Below are positions 30,077 to 40,063 of a stretch of DNA of 64,000 bases, piece after piece. How positions within the stretch are numbered: position 1 is the stretch's first letter; every line of letters begins with the position of its first letter. The DNA lies in NCBI GenBank assembly GCA_028282885.1, contig JANQGX010000059.1, positions 64,906-128,905 of the forward strand, given 5' to 3'. Both the position numbers and the translations under genes were made by a program. A model generated the notes under the pieces. The model did not search any database. It was given only the letters and a program-made list of their open reading frames with translations, and was not told where the DNA came from. Source of the DNA: SAR324 cluster bacterium (lineage in GTDB: Bacteria > SAR324 > XYD2-FULL-50-16).

Positions 30077-30831
30077 GGTTTACCGGTTTCTTGTTGCTTT
30101 TCTTTCATCAGTTTTTTTAGCTCTTTTTTGACAGATTTTTCCACTTCAACAAACCGCATTCCAAATCCCTTCGGAATATCTGTTTTTTGCCCTTTGTTGA
30201 CCCAGATAATCCTTGCTTCGATTTCAACCGTATGATTCTCTTCCAGGGTTAACTGCAATCTGAAAGGTTCATTCTGCTGTACGGTCTCCTCACTGATCAG
30301 GTAAAGTCCGCTTTTTGACAGATCGTGGGTGAACCCTTCAATCGTTTGGCGACTGTTTTCAATCACTGCTTTCAAGGCGGTTTTAACCCGGGGATCGTGT
30401 TTCCACCATTGCAGTCTGGGATGGAAAAAGGGTGCTCGCAGCTCCCTTGATAGCAGTGAACCGACAATAACGAGGCTGGATGTTATAAAAATTGTGTACT
30501 CCCAGGTAGTGAATGCGGTTTCAGCTCCAGTGAAAACCGAAATGCTCACCGATATTATCACCGCGCCAAAATACGCCAGGGACAGTATCCAACCGATCAG
30601 GTGAGATACAAATATCGCAATGGCGATAAAGGGAGAAACAAGGACGAATAACGTGTTTTGAATATCAAAGAGCCAGCTCCAATGAGTAAGACTTAAGTAT
30701 CTATAATCATTAACCGTAAAGCTGTAAGCAATAAACAGTACCGGAGAGAAAGCGTGAATTAACGCCAAAAGGTTTATTGTGAAGGGTTTGCTGGTAACTC
30801 CTTTTAACGCTGCTTGTTTGTTCATAGCCAT
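30073..30831 (-). CDS. Membrane protein with a C-terminal PilZ domain
   Basis: About 4 TM segments, then PRLQWWKHDPR..HDLSKSGLYL..ARIIW..GFGMRF. ATGA overlap with the downstream gene. Confidence 0.85.
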   Translation of the reverse strand: MAMNKQAALKGVTSKPFTINLLALIHAFSPVLFIAYSFTVNDYRYLSLTHWSWLFDIQNTLFVLVSPFIAIAIFVSHLIGWILSLAYFGAVIISVSISVFTGAETAFTTWEYTIFITSSLVIVGSLLSRELRAPFFHPRLQWWKHDPRVKTALKAVIENSRQTIEGFTHDLSKSGLYLISEETVQQNEPFRLQLTLEENHTVEIEARIIWVNKGQKTDIPKGFGMRFVEVEKSVKKELKKLMKEKQQETGKP

Positions 30832-30981
30832 TTTAATTGTATAGATTCATTGATATTTTAGGAGTGTAGCCTGGTTGATGATACGGAATGTTTATGATTA
30901 TTAAGGATTTACAGTTAATTACCCCCTGTTAATTATATCAAACTTCATTTGAAGGTCGGTCTTGCTATTGCAATTCGTTAT

Positions 30982-31464
30982 TTAGTCCGTTTTTTTAAAG
31001 TTGAACTTATACAAAACGTACGCGTTTCGACCGGTCAGTGGGGGAGGAGGGAATCGCCAGGTTTTAATTTTGGATATCAGGCATGCCTCAAGGACGGGAT
31101 GATTGATCTGGGAATTGACAATTTCCGGTGAAAGGGCTTTCCCATCCGCATCCACCTGCCAGTCGATCGAAATCACACCGTCGGTTGTCTGTGGTGGCGG
31201 AGTTACTTCAAGAAAGCGCTTGTAGCAGCCGTTCATCTCCTTCCATTTTTTAGCAATGGTGTTGCGGACTTCGTTTTTAATGTACGGCGACACGTCTGAT
31301 TTTCTATTGTTTCCGTTTTCCATTTGGCGGGGTGTCGTTTGATAGACAACCGCGGTTTGCGACTCGCGAAAAACGATCACGGCCAGAAGGACAATCACCG
31401 TTGCCAACAGGGCGACAATCAAAATCGTTTTAACTCTTTCTTGCGGATGTTGGTTTTTGTTCAT
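30982..31464 (-). CDS. AgmX/PglI C-terminal (TonB_C-like) domain protein with one TM segment
   Basis: N-terminal TM; CYKRFL..GVISIDWQVDADG..ACLISKIKTWRFPPP..VLYKFNF. Confidence 0.8.
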   Translation of the reverse strand: MNKNQHPQERVKTILIVALLATVIVLLAVIVFRESQTAVVYQTTPRQMENGNNRKSDVSPYIKNEVRNTIAKKWKEMNGCYKRFLEVTPPPQTTDGVISIDWQVDADGKALSPEIVNSQINHPVLEACLISKIKTWRFPPPPLTGRNAYVLYKFNFKKTD

Positions 31465-31685
31465 TTTAGACTCCGAAATTCAAACTTATCGGTTCTGCAA
31501 AAACCGATTGGATTACATGAAAAATATGCATGAGTTTTATATTATAGAAACTATTAGCAAATCTGCAGCTTGCTGCCGTTTTGGAAAATCGGGGAGCATA
31601 AGCTTATTGCGTCGAATTGCGAGACTTGCGGCAAATTCCTGATTTTCCGGGTTCGAACCCGAATCACAGGATGTTGAAAAACTAT

Positions 31686-33752
31686 CTAAAATAACAGGCG
31701 GAAGGCTTCGCAATGCCGAAACGTTTTTCTGAAAAGTTCCTTGTCGAGATTGACGGATGTTTGTTTCGAGACTTCAAGTAAATTAATAGCCAGCTTGTTG
31801 TCGCAAAAGGGGTACTGCACTGCCATTTGCGAGGTTATGTTCACCGCATCTTGCATCAATTCCAGCTTATCTTGTGGGCCTGTGGTGCCCGTGTTGATCC
31901 ACTTGGTCCGGTTCACCAGAAACTGTCGATGGATTTCCAGTTGTTTGGCAAGATACAACCCGGAGGTCTGCTCGACAACTCTTCTGAACAGACCGTCGGC
32001 TTTTTCATAGTTTTTTCGGATCACATTTTCGATCTGGGCACTGATCAGCACGGCTTCCCGGTGGTGCTCCAGTGCCGGGTGATGCCGACTGGCCTCAAAA
32101 AGCAGTTTGCTTATCTTACCGATAACCGCATCCCGATGAAAAGACCACTGCTTTCGGTAGACTCCCTGTTCATACCTGTCCAGAATCAGCAGGGAATCTT
32201 CCACCAATCCGGGATGAATGCTCGGCTTCGCCACCGTTTCTTCAACGACTTCGTAATACAAGCCGAGCGATCGGTAATGGAGTGGGAATCGGGCGGTTTC
32301 ATTGTTGAAGTACCTGAGTTTCTCTGTTGTAAACACACGTCTTCCCTCTTGAAACCGGGCAGTAATAAAATTGAGGATGGGGAGTCGTCTGTCTTTGAAA
32401 GCCGGATGCTTTTTCGAGCTGAACGGTTTCACCGGGACCAATACACCGACCTGGGACGTTACCAGGATGTCCGGCCGGATCTTTTCGACAAAATGCACAT
32501 ACGCCACCGGTCCGTGATCTGTATCGTCGTTGAGCAGCAGAACCGAGTTTCGCGGTAAATGATTGAGCAGCAATCCGGCATAATCTGCTGCAAAGGTATC
32601 CTGTCGAAGATTGTTTGCTTGAAAACTGTCAACCAAGGACCAACCGACAACTGTCACACCGACCAGGAGCGTAAGGAAATGCAAACCCGGCCTGACATTC
32701 CCTGCCAGATCCCTCAGCAAGGTCAGGCCGAAACCCAAATACACTGCACAAACAGATAGTGGAATCAGCAATGTGAATCGGTAGAAATCCCGCGTCAGGT
32801 CCGTGAATTCAGCTCGCCAGAACACAAGTAAAAAAACGGAACTGGACAAGACACCCAACGTCAGTCCGACAGCAATTGTTTTGGGTTTATGAAACCAAGT
32901 AGCGATAAATCCAAGGATGATAATCGGGAACGCAAGCGGTGAAAACTCGCTGATCAGATTTTCGACAAAAAAGGTTATGAATTTCAGACTGTGACCAATC
33001 GAAGCGGTTTTTAATACGTCGATTCCCGCATAGTTTTGGCGGGAGAGATAAGCCCACAAATCCGAAACATTGTTAATGGGGTTGAGAAAGAGGAACTGGC
33101 TGTGAAAATGAGCGGTAACCAGATGAAAATAGGGAAGCAACCCAAGAAAAAGACAACAAAGGACAAGCCAACTATCCCTCAATATCTCCTTTATTCTACC
33201 TGCGAGTAATATCGGAAAAGCGCCTGAAGCCAGTACGAGCAGTGGAAAATGATTGGACAGACCCAATCCGTATACGAAGGAAAACACGACCAGACACTGC
33301 CTGGTATAGTTTTCCCTGAGCTTTAATGCCAACACTAATAGCGCCAGAAACAAGCAGGCATTGAGCATGTAGACTTCGGCGACGATCGCCTGATGCCCGA
33401 AAGATGCGGATACTCCCAGCGCCAAAGCGGATATGCAGGCGATTTTTTTATCCCCGGTCAGACTACCGACAATCGAATGTACCAAAAGACAGGCAAGAAT
33501 CGCTAAAATCGAATTCAGCAGGTGGATTTTGAATGCGACGGTTCCGAACGGCAAAAAAGTAAAACATTTGGCCAGGAGTGTGTACAACGGATAGCCGGTT
33601 GGTTGGGGAATCCCGAAAAAATAGGAGGTCACCAGGAAGATGCCGGAATCTTCCATGGTGACGGTGTTCGACGAAGAATATAAATATAACGGCAATAATA
33701 AGCAGAACATCGGCAACGCCGGTCTTCCGCATATCCGGTCAATGATTCTCAA
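31686..33752 (-). CDS. DUF2723/TMEM260-like GT-C membrane glycosyltransferase (putative protein O-glycosyltransferase)
   Basis: EDSG, GIPQPTGYPLYTLL, AEVYMLN, GLSNH and NDDTDHGPVAY..IRPD motifs; many TM segments. TTG start with AAGGA RBS. Confidence 0.85.
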   Translation of the reverse strand: MRIIDRICGRPALPMFCLLLPLYLYSSSNTVTMEDSGIFLVTSYFFGIPQPTGYPLYTLLAKCFTFLPFGTVAFKIHLLNSILAILACLLVHSIVGSLTGDKKIACISALALGVSASFGHQAIVAEVYMLNACLFLALLVLALKLRENYTRQCLVVFSFVYGLGLSNHFPLLVLASGAFPILLAGRIKEILRDSWLVLCCLFLGLLPYFHLVTAHFHSQFLFLNPINNVSDLWAYLSRQNYAGIDVLKTASIGHSLKFITFFVENLISEFSPLAFPIIILGFIATWFHKPKTIAVGLTLGVLSSSVFLLVFWRAEFTDLTRDFYRFTLLIPLSVCAVYLGFGLTLLRDLAGNVRPGLHFLTLLVGVTVVGWSLVDSFQANNLRQDTFAADYAGLLLNHLPRNSVLLLNDDTDHGPVAYVHFVEKIRPDILVTSQVGVLVPVKPFSSKKHPAFKDRRLPILNFITARFQEGRRVFTTEKLRYFNNETARFPLHYRSLGLYYEVVEETVAKPSIHPGLVEDSLLILDRYEQGVYRKQWSFHRDAVIGKISKLLFEASRHHPALEHHREAVLISAQIENVIRKNYEKADGLFRRVVEQTSGLYLAKQLEIHRQFLVNRTKWINTGTTGPQDKLELMQDAVNITSQMAVQYPFCDNKLAINLLEVSKQTSVNLDKELFRKTFRHCEAFRLLF

Positions 33753-33892
33753 TACTGTCCTTTCGTATAATCAGTCTTGTTCCGATCGGCAGGATCGGGA
33801 TACAGTCTGCTCCCCTGTTCAGCGATATTAAATGGTTGGCGTCAATTCTGCAGTCGACAGGCTTCGGAATTGAGGTCGAACTTTGTTGTCGG

Positions 33893-36800
33893 CTATTGAT
33901 AGACGTACACCGCCCCGGAACTGGAACTGTTGTTGTCGCTGCTGGCGGTGGTGCCATTGGTGATAGTGGCTTGGTCGCTGTCTTCAAAATCTGCTCCCAC
34001 CGCTAGGGTTCCATTAGATAGGAACACGGTTGTTCCAAATTTGTCGGTAGCCTCGCTGTTGGCGGCCTTTATATAGGACTGCTGACTCCAGACAGTACCG
34101 TTGCGAGCATAGACGTACACCGCCCCGGAACTGGGACTGTTGTTGTCGCTACTGGCGGTTGTACCGCCGGTGATAGTGGTTTGGCTGCTGTCTTCATTTG
34201 GTGCTCCTACGACCAGAGTGTCGCCGGATAGGGATACGGCATTTCCGAAACGGTCGCCAGCGTTGTTGTTGGAAGCCTTAATATATGCTTGTTGGCTCCA
34301 AGAGGTACCGCTACGGGTATAGACATATACCGCTCCGGAATCCGCGCTGCTGTCGTTGCTGCTGGCAGCAGTGCCGTTGGTAACTATAGTCTGGTTGCTG
34401 TCTTCCAAGTAAGCTCCCACGGCCAGAGTGTCTCCGGACAGGGAAACGGCATTCCCGTAATAGTCATTGGTGCTGCTGTTAGCGGCCTTGATATAGGCTT
34501 GCTGGCTCCAGTTGGTCCCGCTGCGAGTATAGACATACACTGCCCCGGAGTTGGAATTGCCGTCGTCGCTGCTTGCGGTGGTACCGTTGGTGATCGTAGT
34601 CTGGTTACTGTCTTCTTGATCGACTCCTACGGCCAGAGTATCGCCGGAGAGGGAAACGACCTTTCCGAATTCGTCATAGGCGTCGTTATTGGCGGCCTTG
34701 ATATAGGCCTGCTGGCTCCAGTCTGTTCCGCTGCGGGAATAGACGTATATTGCCCCGGCACTCGTATTGCTGTTGTTGCTGTCGGCGGTGGTGCCGTTGG
34801 TAATCGTTGTCTGGTTGCTGTCTTCCTCATGAGCTCCTACGGCCAGGGTGTCGCCGGATAGCGAAACAGCTCTACCGAAATAGTCATTGGTCTCGTTGTT
34901 GGCGGCTTTGATGTAGGCCTGCTGGCTCCAGTCTGTTCCGCTGCGGGAATAGACGTACACCGCCCCGGATTGCAGATTGCCGTCGTTGCTGCTTGCGGTG
35001 GTGCCGTTGGTGATTGTAGTCTGGTTGCTGCTTTCGCACCAGGCTCCCACAGCCAGGGTGTCGCCGGATAAGGAAACCGCGTGTCCGAAACGGTCGTTGT
35101 TGTCGTTATTGACGGCCTTGATGTAGGCCTGCTGGCTCCAGTCGGTTCCGCTGCGGGAATAGACGTACACCGCCCCGGATTGCGGATTGCTGTTGTTGCT
35201 GCTTGCGGCGGTGCCGTTGGTAATCGTAGTCTGGTTGCTGGCTTCTCTCTCAACTCCCACGGCCAGGGTATCACCGGATAAGGAAAGGGCCTGTCCAAAC
35301 TGGTCCCAGTCTTCACTGTTGGCGGCCTTGATAAAGGCCTGTTGGCTCAGACTGGCGGTGACGGTGACGGTGACGGTATAATTCTGGGTCGAGCTGTCCC
35401 CAGCCGTAACGATATAGGTAACGGCACTGCTGAAGTCGTTGGCGGTGGAACCGCTGGTCTGGTTGGTCCCACCCACTGCAATCGAAGATCCGGTGGTTGT
35501 GAAGGTGGCCACCAGGGCAGTGACGTCCGTTCCGGAAGGAACCGTGGCCGAAATATTGGTGCCGGAGACGGTGGCGGTCACATCCGAAGAGAGGGCACTG
35601 TTGTCGGCAGCGAGGAAAGAGAAGGCCGTGATCTCCTTGGCAGATGACGAAGCCGTGATAACGGTGACGGTATAATTCTGGGTCGAGTTGTCCGCAGCCG
35701 TGACAGTATAGGTAACGGCGCTGCTGAAGTTGTTGGCGGTGGAACCGCTGGTCTGGTCGGTCCCACCCACAGCAACCGAAGATCCGGTGGTTGTGAAGGT
35801 GGCCACCAGGGCAGTGACGTTCGTTCCGGAAGGAACCGTGGCCGAAATATCGGTGCCGGAGACGGTGGCGGTTACATCCGAAGAGAGGGCGCTGTTGTCG
35901 GCAGCGAGAAAGGAAAAAGCCGTGATCTCTTTGTCGGATACCGAGGCCGTGGAAACGGTGACGGTATAATCTTGGATCGAGCCGTCCGCAGCCGTGACGG
36001 TGTAGGTAACGGCACTACTGAAGTCGTTGGCTGTGGAGCCGCTGGTCTGGTCGGTACCATCCACCGCAACCGAAGATCCGGTGGTGCTAAAGATGGCCAC
36101 CAAGTCGGTGACGTCAGTTCCGAAAGGAACCGTGGCTGATATGTCGGTGCCGGAGACGGTGGCGTTTACATCCGAAGAGAGGGCGCTGTTGTCGGCAGCG
36201 AGAAAGGAAAAAGCCGTGATCTCTTTGGCGGATACCGAGGCCGTGGAAACGGTGACGGTATAATCCCGTGTTGTGTTGTCCGCGGCAGTGACAGTATAGG
36301 TAACGGTGCTGCTGAAGTCGTTGGCTGTGGAACCGCTGGTCTGGTCGGTACCGTCCACCGCAACCGAAGATCCAGTGGTGCTAAAGGTGGCCACCAGGGC
36401 GGTGACGTCTGTTTCGAAAGGAACCGTGGCTGATATGTCGGTGCCGGAGATGGTGGCTGTTACATCCGAAGAGAGGGTGCTGTTGTCGGCAGCGAGAAAG
36501 GAAAAAGCCGTGATCTTTTTGGCGGATACCGAGGCCGTGGAAACGGTGACGGTATAGTCCTGTGTTGTATTGTCCTCAGACGTAACGGTATAGATAACGG
36601 CGCTGCTGAAGTCGTTGGCGGTGGAACCGCTAGTCTGGTCGGTACCGTCCACCGCAACCGAAGATCCGGTGGTGCTAAAGGTGGCCACCAGGGCGGTGAC
36701 GTCTGTTTCGAAAGGAACTGTGGCTGATATGGCGGTGCCGGAGATGGTGGCGGTTACATCCGATGAAAGGGTGCTATTGTCGGCAGCGAGAAAAGAAAAG

Positions 36801-36925
36801 GTCATAATCTTTTTGTCGTCTGAGTCTGAAGAACTGCCGCTATCCTGGCAGGCGACAGTAAACACCAGAGCCAAGATGGCCGGAAGTAAGCGTCGTATTA
36901 ACCAAAACTTTAGAGAATGGTTCAT
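33893..36925 (-). CDS. Large surface lipoprotein: 5 Ig-like (DUF5018-like) repeats plus a 7-bladed FG-GAP (integrin-alpha-like) propeller
   Basis: Lipobox TVAC; 98-aa repeats KEITAFSF..YTVTV; 70-aa repeats QQAYIKAAN..FG..VSLSGDTLAVGA..SGAVYVY; very Ser/Thr-rich. Confidence 0.92.
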   Translation of the reverse strand: MNHSLKFWLIRRLLPAILALVFTVACQDSGSSSDSDDKKIMTFSFLAADNSTLSSDVTATISGTAISATVPFETDVTALVATFSTTGSSVAVDGTDQTSGSTANDFSSAVIYTVTSEDNTTQDYTVTVSTASVSAKKITAFSFLAADNSTLSSDVTATISGTDISATVPFETDVTALVATFSTTGSSVAVDGTDQTSGSTANDFSSTVTYTVTAADNTTRDYTVTVSTASVSAKEITAFSFLAADNSALSSDVNATVSGTDISATVPFGTDVTDLVAIFSTTGSSVAVDGTDQTSGSTANDFSSAVTYTVTAADGSIQDYTVTVSTASVSDKEITAFSFLAADNSALSSDVTATVSGTDISATVPSGTNVTALVATFTTTGSSVAVGGTDQTSGSTANNFSSAVTYTVTAADNSTQNYTVTVITASSSAKEITAFSFLAADNSALSSDVTATVSGTNISATVPSGTDVTALVATFTTTGSSIAVGGTNQTSGSTANDFSSAVTYIVTAGDSSTQNYTVTVTVTASLSQQAFIKAANSEDWDQFGQALSLSGDTLAVGVEREASNQTTITNGTAASSNNSNPQSGAVYVYSRSGTDWSQQAYIKAVNNDNNDRFGHAVSLSGDTLAVGAWCESSNQTTITNGTTASSNDGNLQSGAVYVYSRSGTDWSQQAYIKAANNETNDYFGRAVSLSGDTLAVGAHEEDSNQTTITNGTTADSNNSNTSAGAIYVYSRSGTDWSQQAYIKAANNDAYDEFGKVVSLSGDTLAVGVDQEDSNQTTITNGTTASSDDGNSNSGAVYVYTRSGTNWSQQAYIKAANSSTNDYYGNAVSLSGDTLAVGAYLEDSNQTIVTNGTAASSNDSSADSGAVYVYTRSGTSWSQQAYIKASNNNAGDRFGNAVSLSGDTLVVGAPNEDSSQTTITGGTTASSDNNSPSSGAVYVYARNGTVWSQQSYIKAANSEATDKFGTTVFLSNGTLAVGADFEDSDQATITNGTTASSDNNSSSSGAVYVYQ
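33896..35344 (-). repeat. Seven tandem ~210-bp coding repeats (FG-GAP blades)
   Basis: Recurring plus-strand text such as ggctccagtctgttccgctgcgggaatagacgtacaccgccccgg at 210-bp spacing. Confidence 0.9.
35345..36814 (-). repeat. Five tandem 294-bp highly similar coding repeats (Ig-like units)
   Basis: Shadow ORFs recur at 35578, 35872, 36166 and 36460 (294-bp period); the protein repeat is 98 aa. Confidence 0.95.
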
Positions 36926-36948
36926 GGTTGCTCCGTATTCGTTTTACA

Positions 36949-36964
36949 GGCAATTCAAGGGCCT
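36949..36964 (-). promoter_or_regulatory. Possible sigma54 promoter for the surface lipoprotein
   Basis: Minus strand reads AGGCCC-TTGAA-TTGCC (GG-N10-GC), ending about 24 nt before the ATG. Confidence 0.35.
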
Positions 36965-37338
36965 GCGTTTATGAGAATTTGGCTGGGCATGTTGAGACTT
37001 CGATTATAAGGAGAGAATAGTTTGAATTCTGTCCACCCAAATGCCATCGACTGTTATACGCTGTCGAATTTAAAATGTTTGGCAATATGATACAAAATGA
37101 GAGCGGGAAAACAATTATTAAAAACGAACCAAAACCCGGTGTTCGCAAATCGCATTCAATAGTCCCGTTACTGAGTCGCAATTAGCCCCTTGGTTTTTTT
37201 AATTAGTTCGTTTTTGGTGTATCTTTATTTTTGACGAGATTTCAAACCCTTGTTATCATGCGTTAGCAGAGGCGGGAGGACACTTAATAGATAAATATTA
37301 TTTCGGAACAAGTAATTAACAGCTAAGTTTTTGTTTTA

Positions 37339-39417
37339 ATGTATAAAATAAAAATAGTATGGGTAGTATTGATGCTGGTCAGTGTCACAACGCTGATGTC
37401 TCAGAGTTTTATCCGGCAAAAGGTGCTTGTAGGTCCCCAAAAAGGGGTGATGGATCTGCGTGGCTGGCAGTTTGACAAGGATGGAATGGTCAAACTCAAC
37501 GGAGAATGGGAGTTTTATTGGAAATCATTATATACTCCGACGGATTTTGAAAGGTTTGATCTAACGGACAAGCAGTATGTCCAGGTACCCGGTTATTGGA
37601 ATCGAATGAGTCACAGGGAAGAGATTCTTACCGGTTTCGGATATGCTACCTACCGTCTCACTTTGCTTGTAGATGATCAACCTCAGGAGATGGCTCTAAG
37701 AACCATGGCACAGGTAACATCCAGCAAACTCTGGATCAATGGTGAATTGAAATCTGTTAACGGGGATGTCGCAAATCGTGTTGAAGAAGCGAAACCTTTT
37801 TATCGTCCGCGGGTCGATCATTTTGTCCCAAAAGGAGAAAGGATTGAAATTGTTCTTCAAGTCAGTAATTTCTTTCATCACAAGGGAGGGGTTTGGGGCA
37901 ATATTCAATTGGGGACAAAAGAGCAAATCGATAGAACCGTTCGAACCAAAAGCATAATCGATTTCGTTCTCATTGGGGTTGTCCTGGCAACTGCGATTTA
38001 TCATTTTGGATTGTTTTTCCTGCGTCGCAAAGAATTGTCCTACCTCTATTTCGGCTTCATCTGCCTTATCATTGTGTTGAGAGTCCTGACAACCGGCAAC
38101 CACGAAATTTCAAATTTATTCCCGGAAATCGATTGGTTCCTGCACATCCGTGTTCAGTATTTGGTGTTTCATGTTGGATTGCCTCTATTGGGACTGTTCA
38201 TTTATGAGTTGTTTCCGGACGAATTTCATATCGGTGTTGTAAAAAGTCTCGTCTTGGTTTGCAGTATATTTACCATTGTTGGATTACTGACACCACCAGT
38301 GTTTTTTACGCAAATGATAACCTGGTTTCAAGTGTTGATCGTTCTGTTTTGCCTTTATGTTGTCGTTGTCATGTCGAAAGTAGTGCGGAGGCGAAGAGAA
38401 GGAGCCCGGTTGATTGCTTTTGGATTTTTTTTCTTTTTTTTAACCTGGGTAAACGATATTTTTTACGAACAGGGAGTGATTTGGACATTGAATCTTATTC
38501 CTCTCGGCTATCTAGTCTCCGTATTTTGTCAGTCATTTATGTTGGCAACCCGGTTTTCAAATGCTCTCCAAACGGTTGAAATTCAGGCAAATGAACTGAA
38601 AGCGATCTCGGAAAATCTAGAACGAAAGGTAGAACTTCGCACCGAGGAGTTGAGACAAAAAAACGAAACCATTCAGAAACGTGCAAATGATAGAAAGAAA
38701 TTCATTCATGTTCTATGTCATGATTTAAGTAATCCAATTGGGGGGGCGCGTTCTTTTTTAGAATTGATGAGCGATCCTGACTCTGAGGCTGAGATCTCTG
38801 ATCATAAGAAGGAGTTGGAGAAGATGATGGATCAATGTTTGTCATCGGCAATAGAAATCATCGATCAAACCCGGGAATCGATGGTTTTGGAAGACTACAA
38901 GGCAAGCATGAACATCGAGCGGATTCATTTAAACGAAACAATACGGGAAGCCCTCATCCATCTGGATCATATTGTCAGGCAAAAAGATATATCCATTCAG
39001 GTTGATATTCCCGAATACTTTGTGATTGAGGTCGATCGAATATGTTTTATGAACTCCATATTCAACAATATCATTACAAACGCCATTAAATTCTCATCCA
39101 GAGGAGGTATTATCCGAATCAAATCAGACCATTCTGATTCCGAGATCAGGTTGATCATACAGGACTTCGGTATTGGTATGCCCTCAGAAATTGCTTCCAC
39201 ACTGTTTACCCCCCAGGAAGGAACAAGTCGTCGTGGCACTGAAGGTGAAACCGGAACCGGATTTGGAATGCCCCTGGTGAAACATTTTGTCGAAGTGTTT
39301 GGGGGGACGATTGATGTTGAGTCGTTCGAAGGCTCGGAAAAATCCAATTCTCATGGAACGACCATTTTTATCTCTTTTCCCTTTTCTCCCCCTAGTTTAA
39401 GCTCTCAGCAGTCGTGA
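37339..39417 (+). CDS. 7TM-DISM sensor histidine kinase (extracellular beta-sandwich, 7TM, HisKA, HATPase)
   Basis: LNGEWEFYW, GYATYRL, 7 TM segments, HDLSNP, NAIKFS and GTGFGM motifs. Confidence 0.92.
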   Translation: MYKIKIVWVVLMLVSVTTLMSQSFIRQKVLVGPQKGVMDLRGWQFDKDGMVKLNGEWEFYWKSLYTPTDFERFDLTDKQYVQVPGYWNRMSHREEILTGFGYATYRLTLLVDDQPQEMALRTMAQVTSSKLWINGELKSVNGDVANRVEEAKPFYRPRVDHFVPKGERIEIVLQVSNFFHHKGGVWGNIQLGTKEQIDRTVRTKSIIDFVLIGVVLATAIYHFGLFFLRRKELSYLYFGFICLIIVLRVLTTGNHEISNLFPEIDWFLHIRVQYLVFHVGLPLLGLFIYELFPDEFHIGVVKSLVLVCSIFTIVGLLTPPVFFTQMITWFQVLIVLFCLYVVVVMSKVVRRRREGARLIAFGFFFFFLTWVNDIFYEQGVIWTLNLIPLGYLVSVFCQSFMLATRFSNALQTVEIQANELKAISENLERKVELRTEELRQKNETIQKRANDRKKFIHVLCHDLSNPIGGARSFLELMSDPDSEAEISDHKKELEKMMDQCLSSAIEIIDQTRESMVLEDYKASMNIERIHLNETIREALIHLDHIVRQKDISIQVDIPEYFVIEVDRICFMNSIFNNIITNAIKFSSRGGIIRIKSDHSDSEIRLIIQDFGIGMPSEIASTLFTPQEGTSRRGTEGETGTGFGMPLVKHFVEVFGGTIDVESFEGSEKSNSHGTTIFISFPFSPPSLSSQQS

Positions 39418-40063
39418 TGCCGTTGAATATGGCGTATTTTGTGAGGTCAGCGATACTATTGGTTCCCAGCTTTTTCATGATGCGGCGACGGTTTTTTTCA
39501 ATCGTGCGGGGAGTAAGGGAAAGGTTTTCTGCTATTTCTTGAATGGAATAGCCATCTGATAACAACTTGAGTACCTCGATTTCCCTTTGGCTAAAATCCG
39601 TTTCTAAACCGGTTGGATCGTGCAAAATGCTATATAAGATTTCCGCCATTGTTGACTCTTTTAAGCTTGGACTTAATACAATTTCAGCCGATGAAACAGC
39701 TTTTTCCAAACCTGCCAGAATTACGGCGACTCTGTCGGTCTTGAGAAAGTAACCCTGAGCTCCCGCCTGCAACGTCTTGATAATTTGTGGCTTTGAATTG
39801 GCGCTGCTTAATGCCAGTATTTTTATGTGTGGATATTTGGTCTTAATTTGTTGTGTGGTTATGATTCCATTTTGATCTGGCAAGCTAATGTCCATAACGA
39901 CCACTTCGACCTGCACGCGATCCAGGAAATCCAAGGCTTCAGTCCCTTTAGTGACATGACCGATCAACTCGAAAACGGCTTGATGTTTGTCCAGAGCCAT
40001 CCGGAACAGGTCTCCGATTACGTGGTGATCATCTACCAACAAGAGTTTCTTTCTTTTTTTCAT
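39392..40063 (-). CDS. NarL/LuxR-family response regulator
   Basis: LLVDDH and MDISLP receiver motifs; FSQREIEVL..IAENLSLTPRTIE HTH. Confidence 0.93.
   Translation of the reverse strand: MKKRKKLLLVDDHHVIGDLFRMALDKHQAVFELIGHVTKGTEALDFLDRVQVEVVVMDISLPDQNGIITTQQIKTKYPHIKILALSSANSKPQIIKTLQAGAQGYFLKTDRVAVILAGLEKAVSSAEIVLSPSLKESTMAEILYSILHDPTGLETDFSQREIEVLKLLSDGYSIQEIAENLSLTPRTIEKNRRRIMKKLGTNSIADLTKYAIFNGITTAESLN

Noticed and set aside
33896..36814. Regular repeats as a possible CRISPR array or mobile element
   Set aside because: Units are 210 and 294 bp, in frame within one CDS, with no spacer structure and no cas or transposase genes.
37120..37215. 10-bp inverted repeat AAAAACGAAC..GTTCGTTTTT and TCGCAA motifs in the adhesin/kinase divergent spacer
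   Set aside because: Short, AT-rich and 76 bp apart; could be chance.
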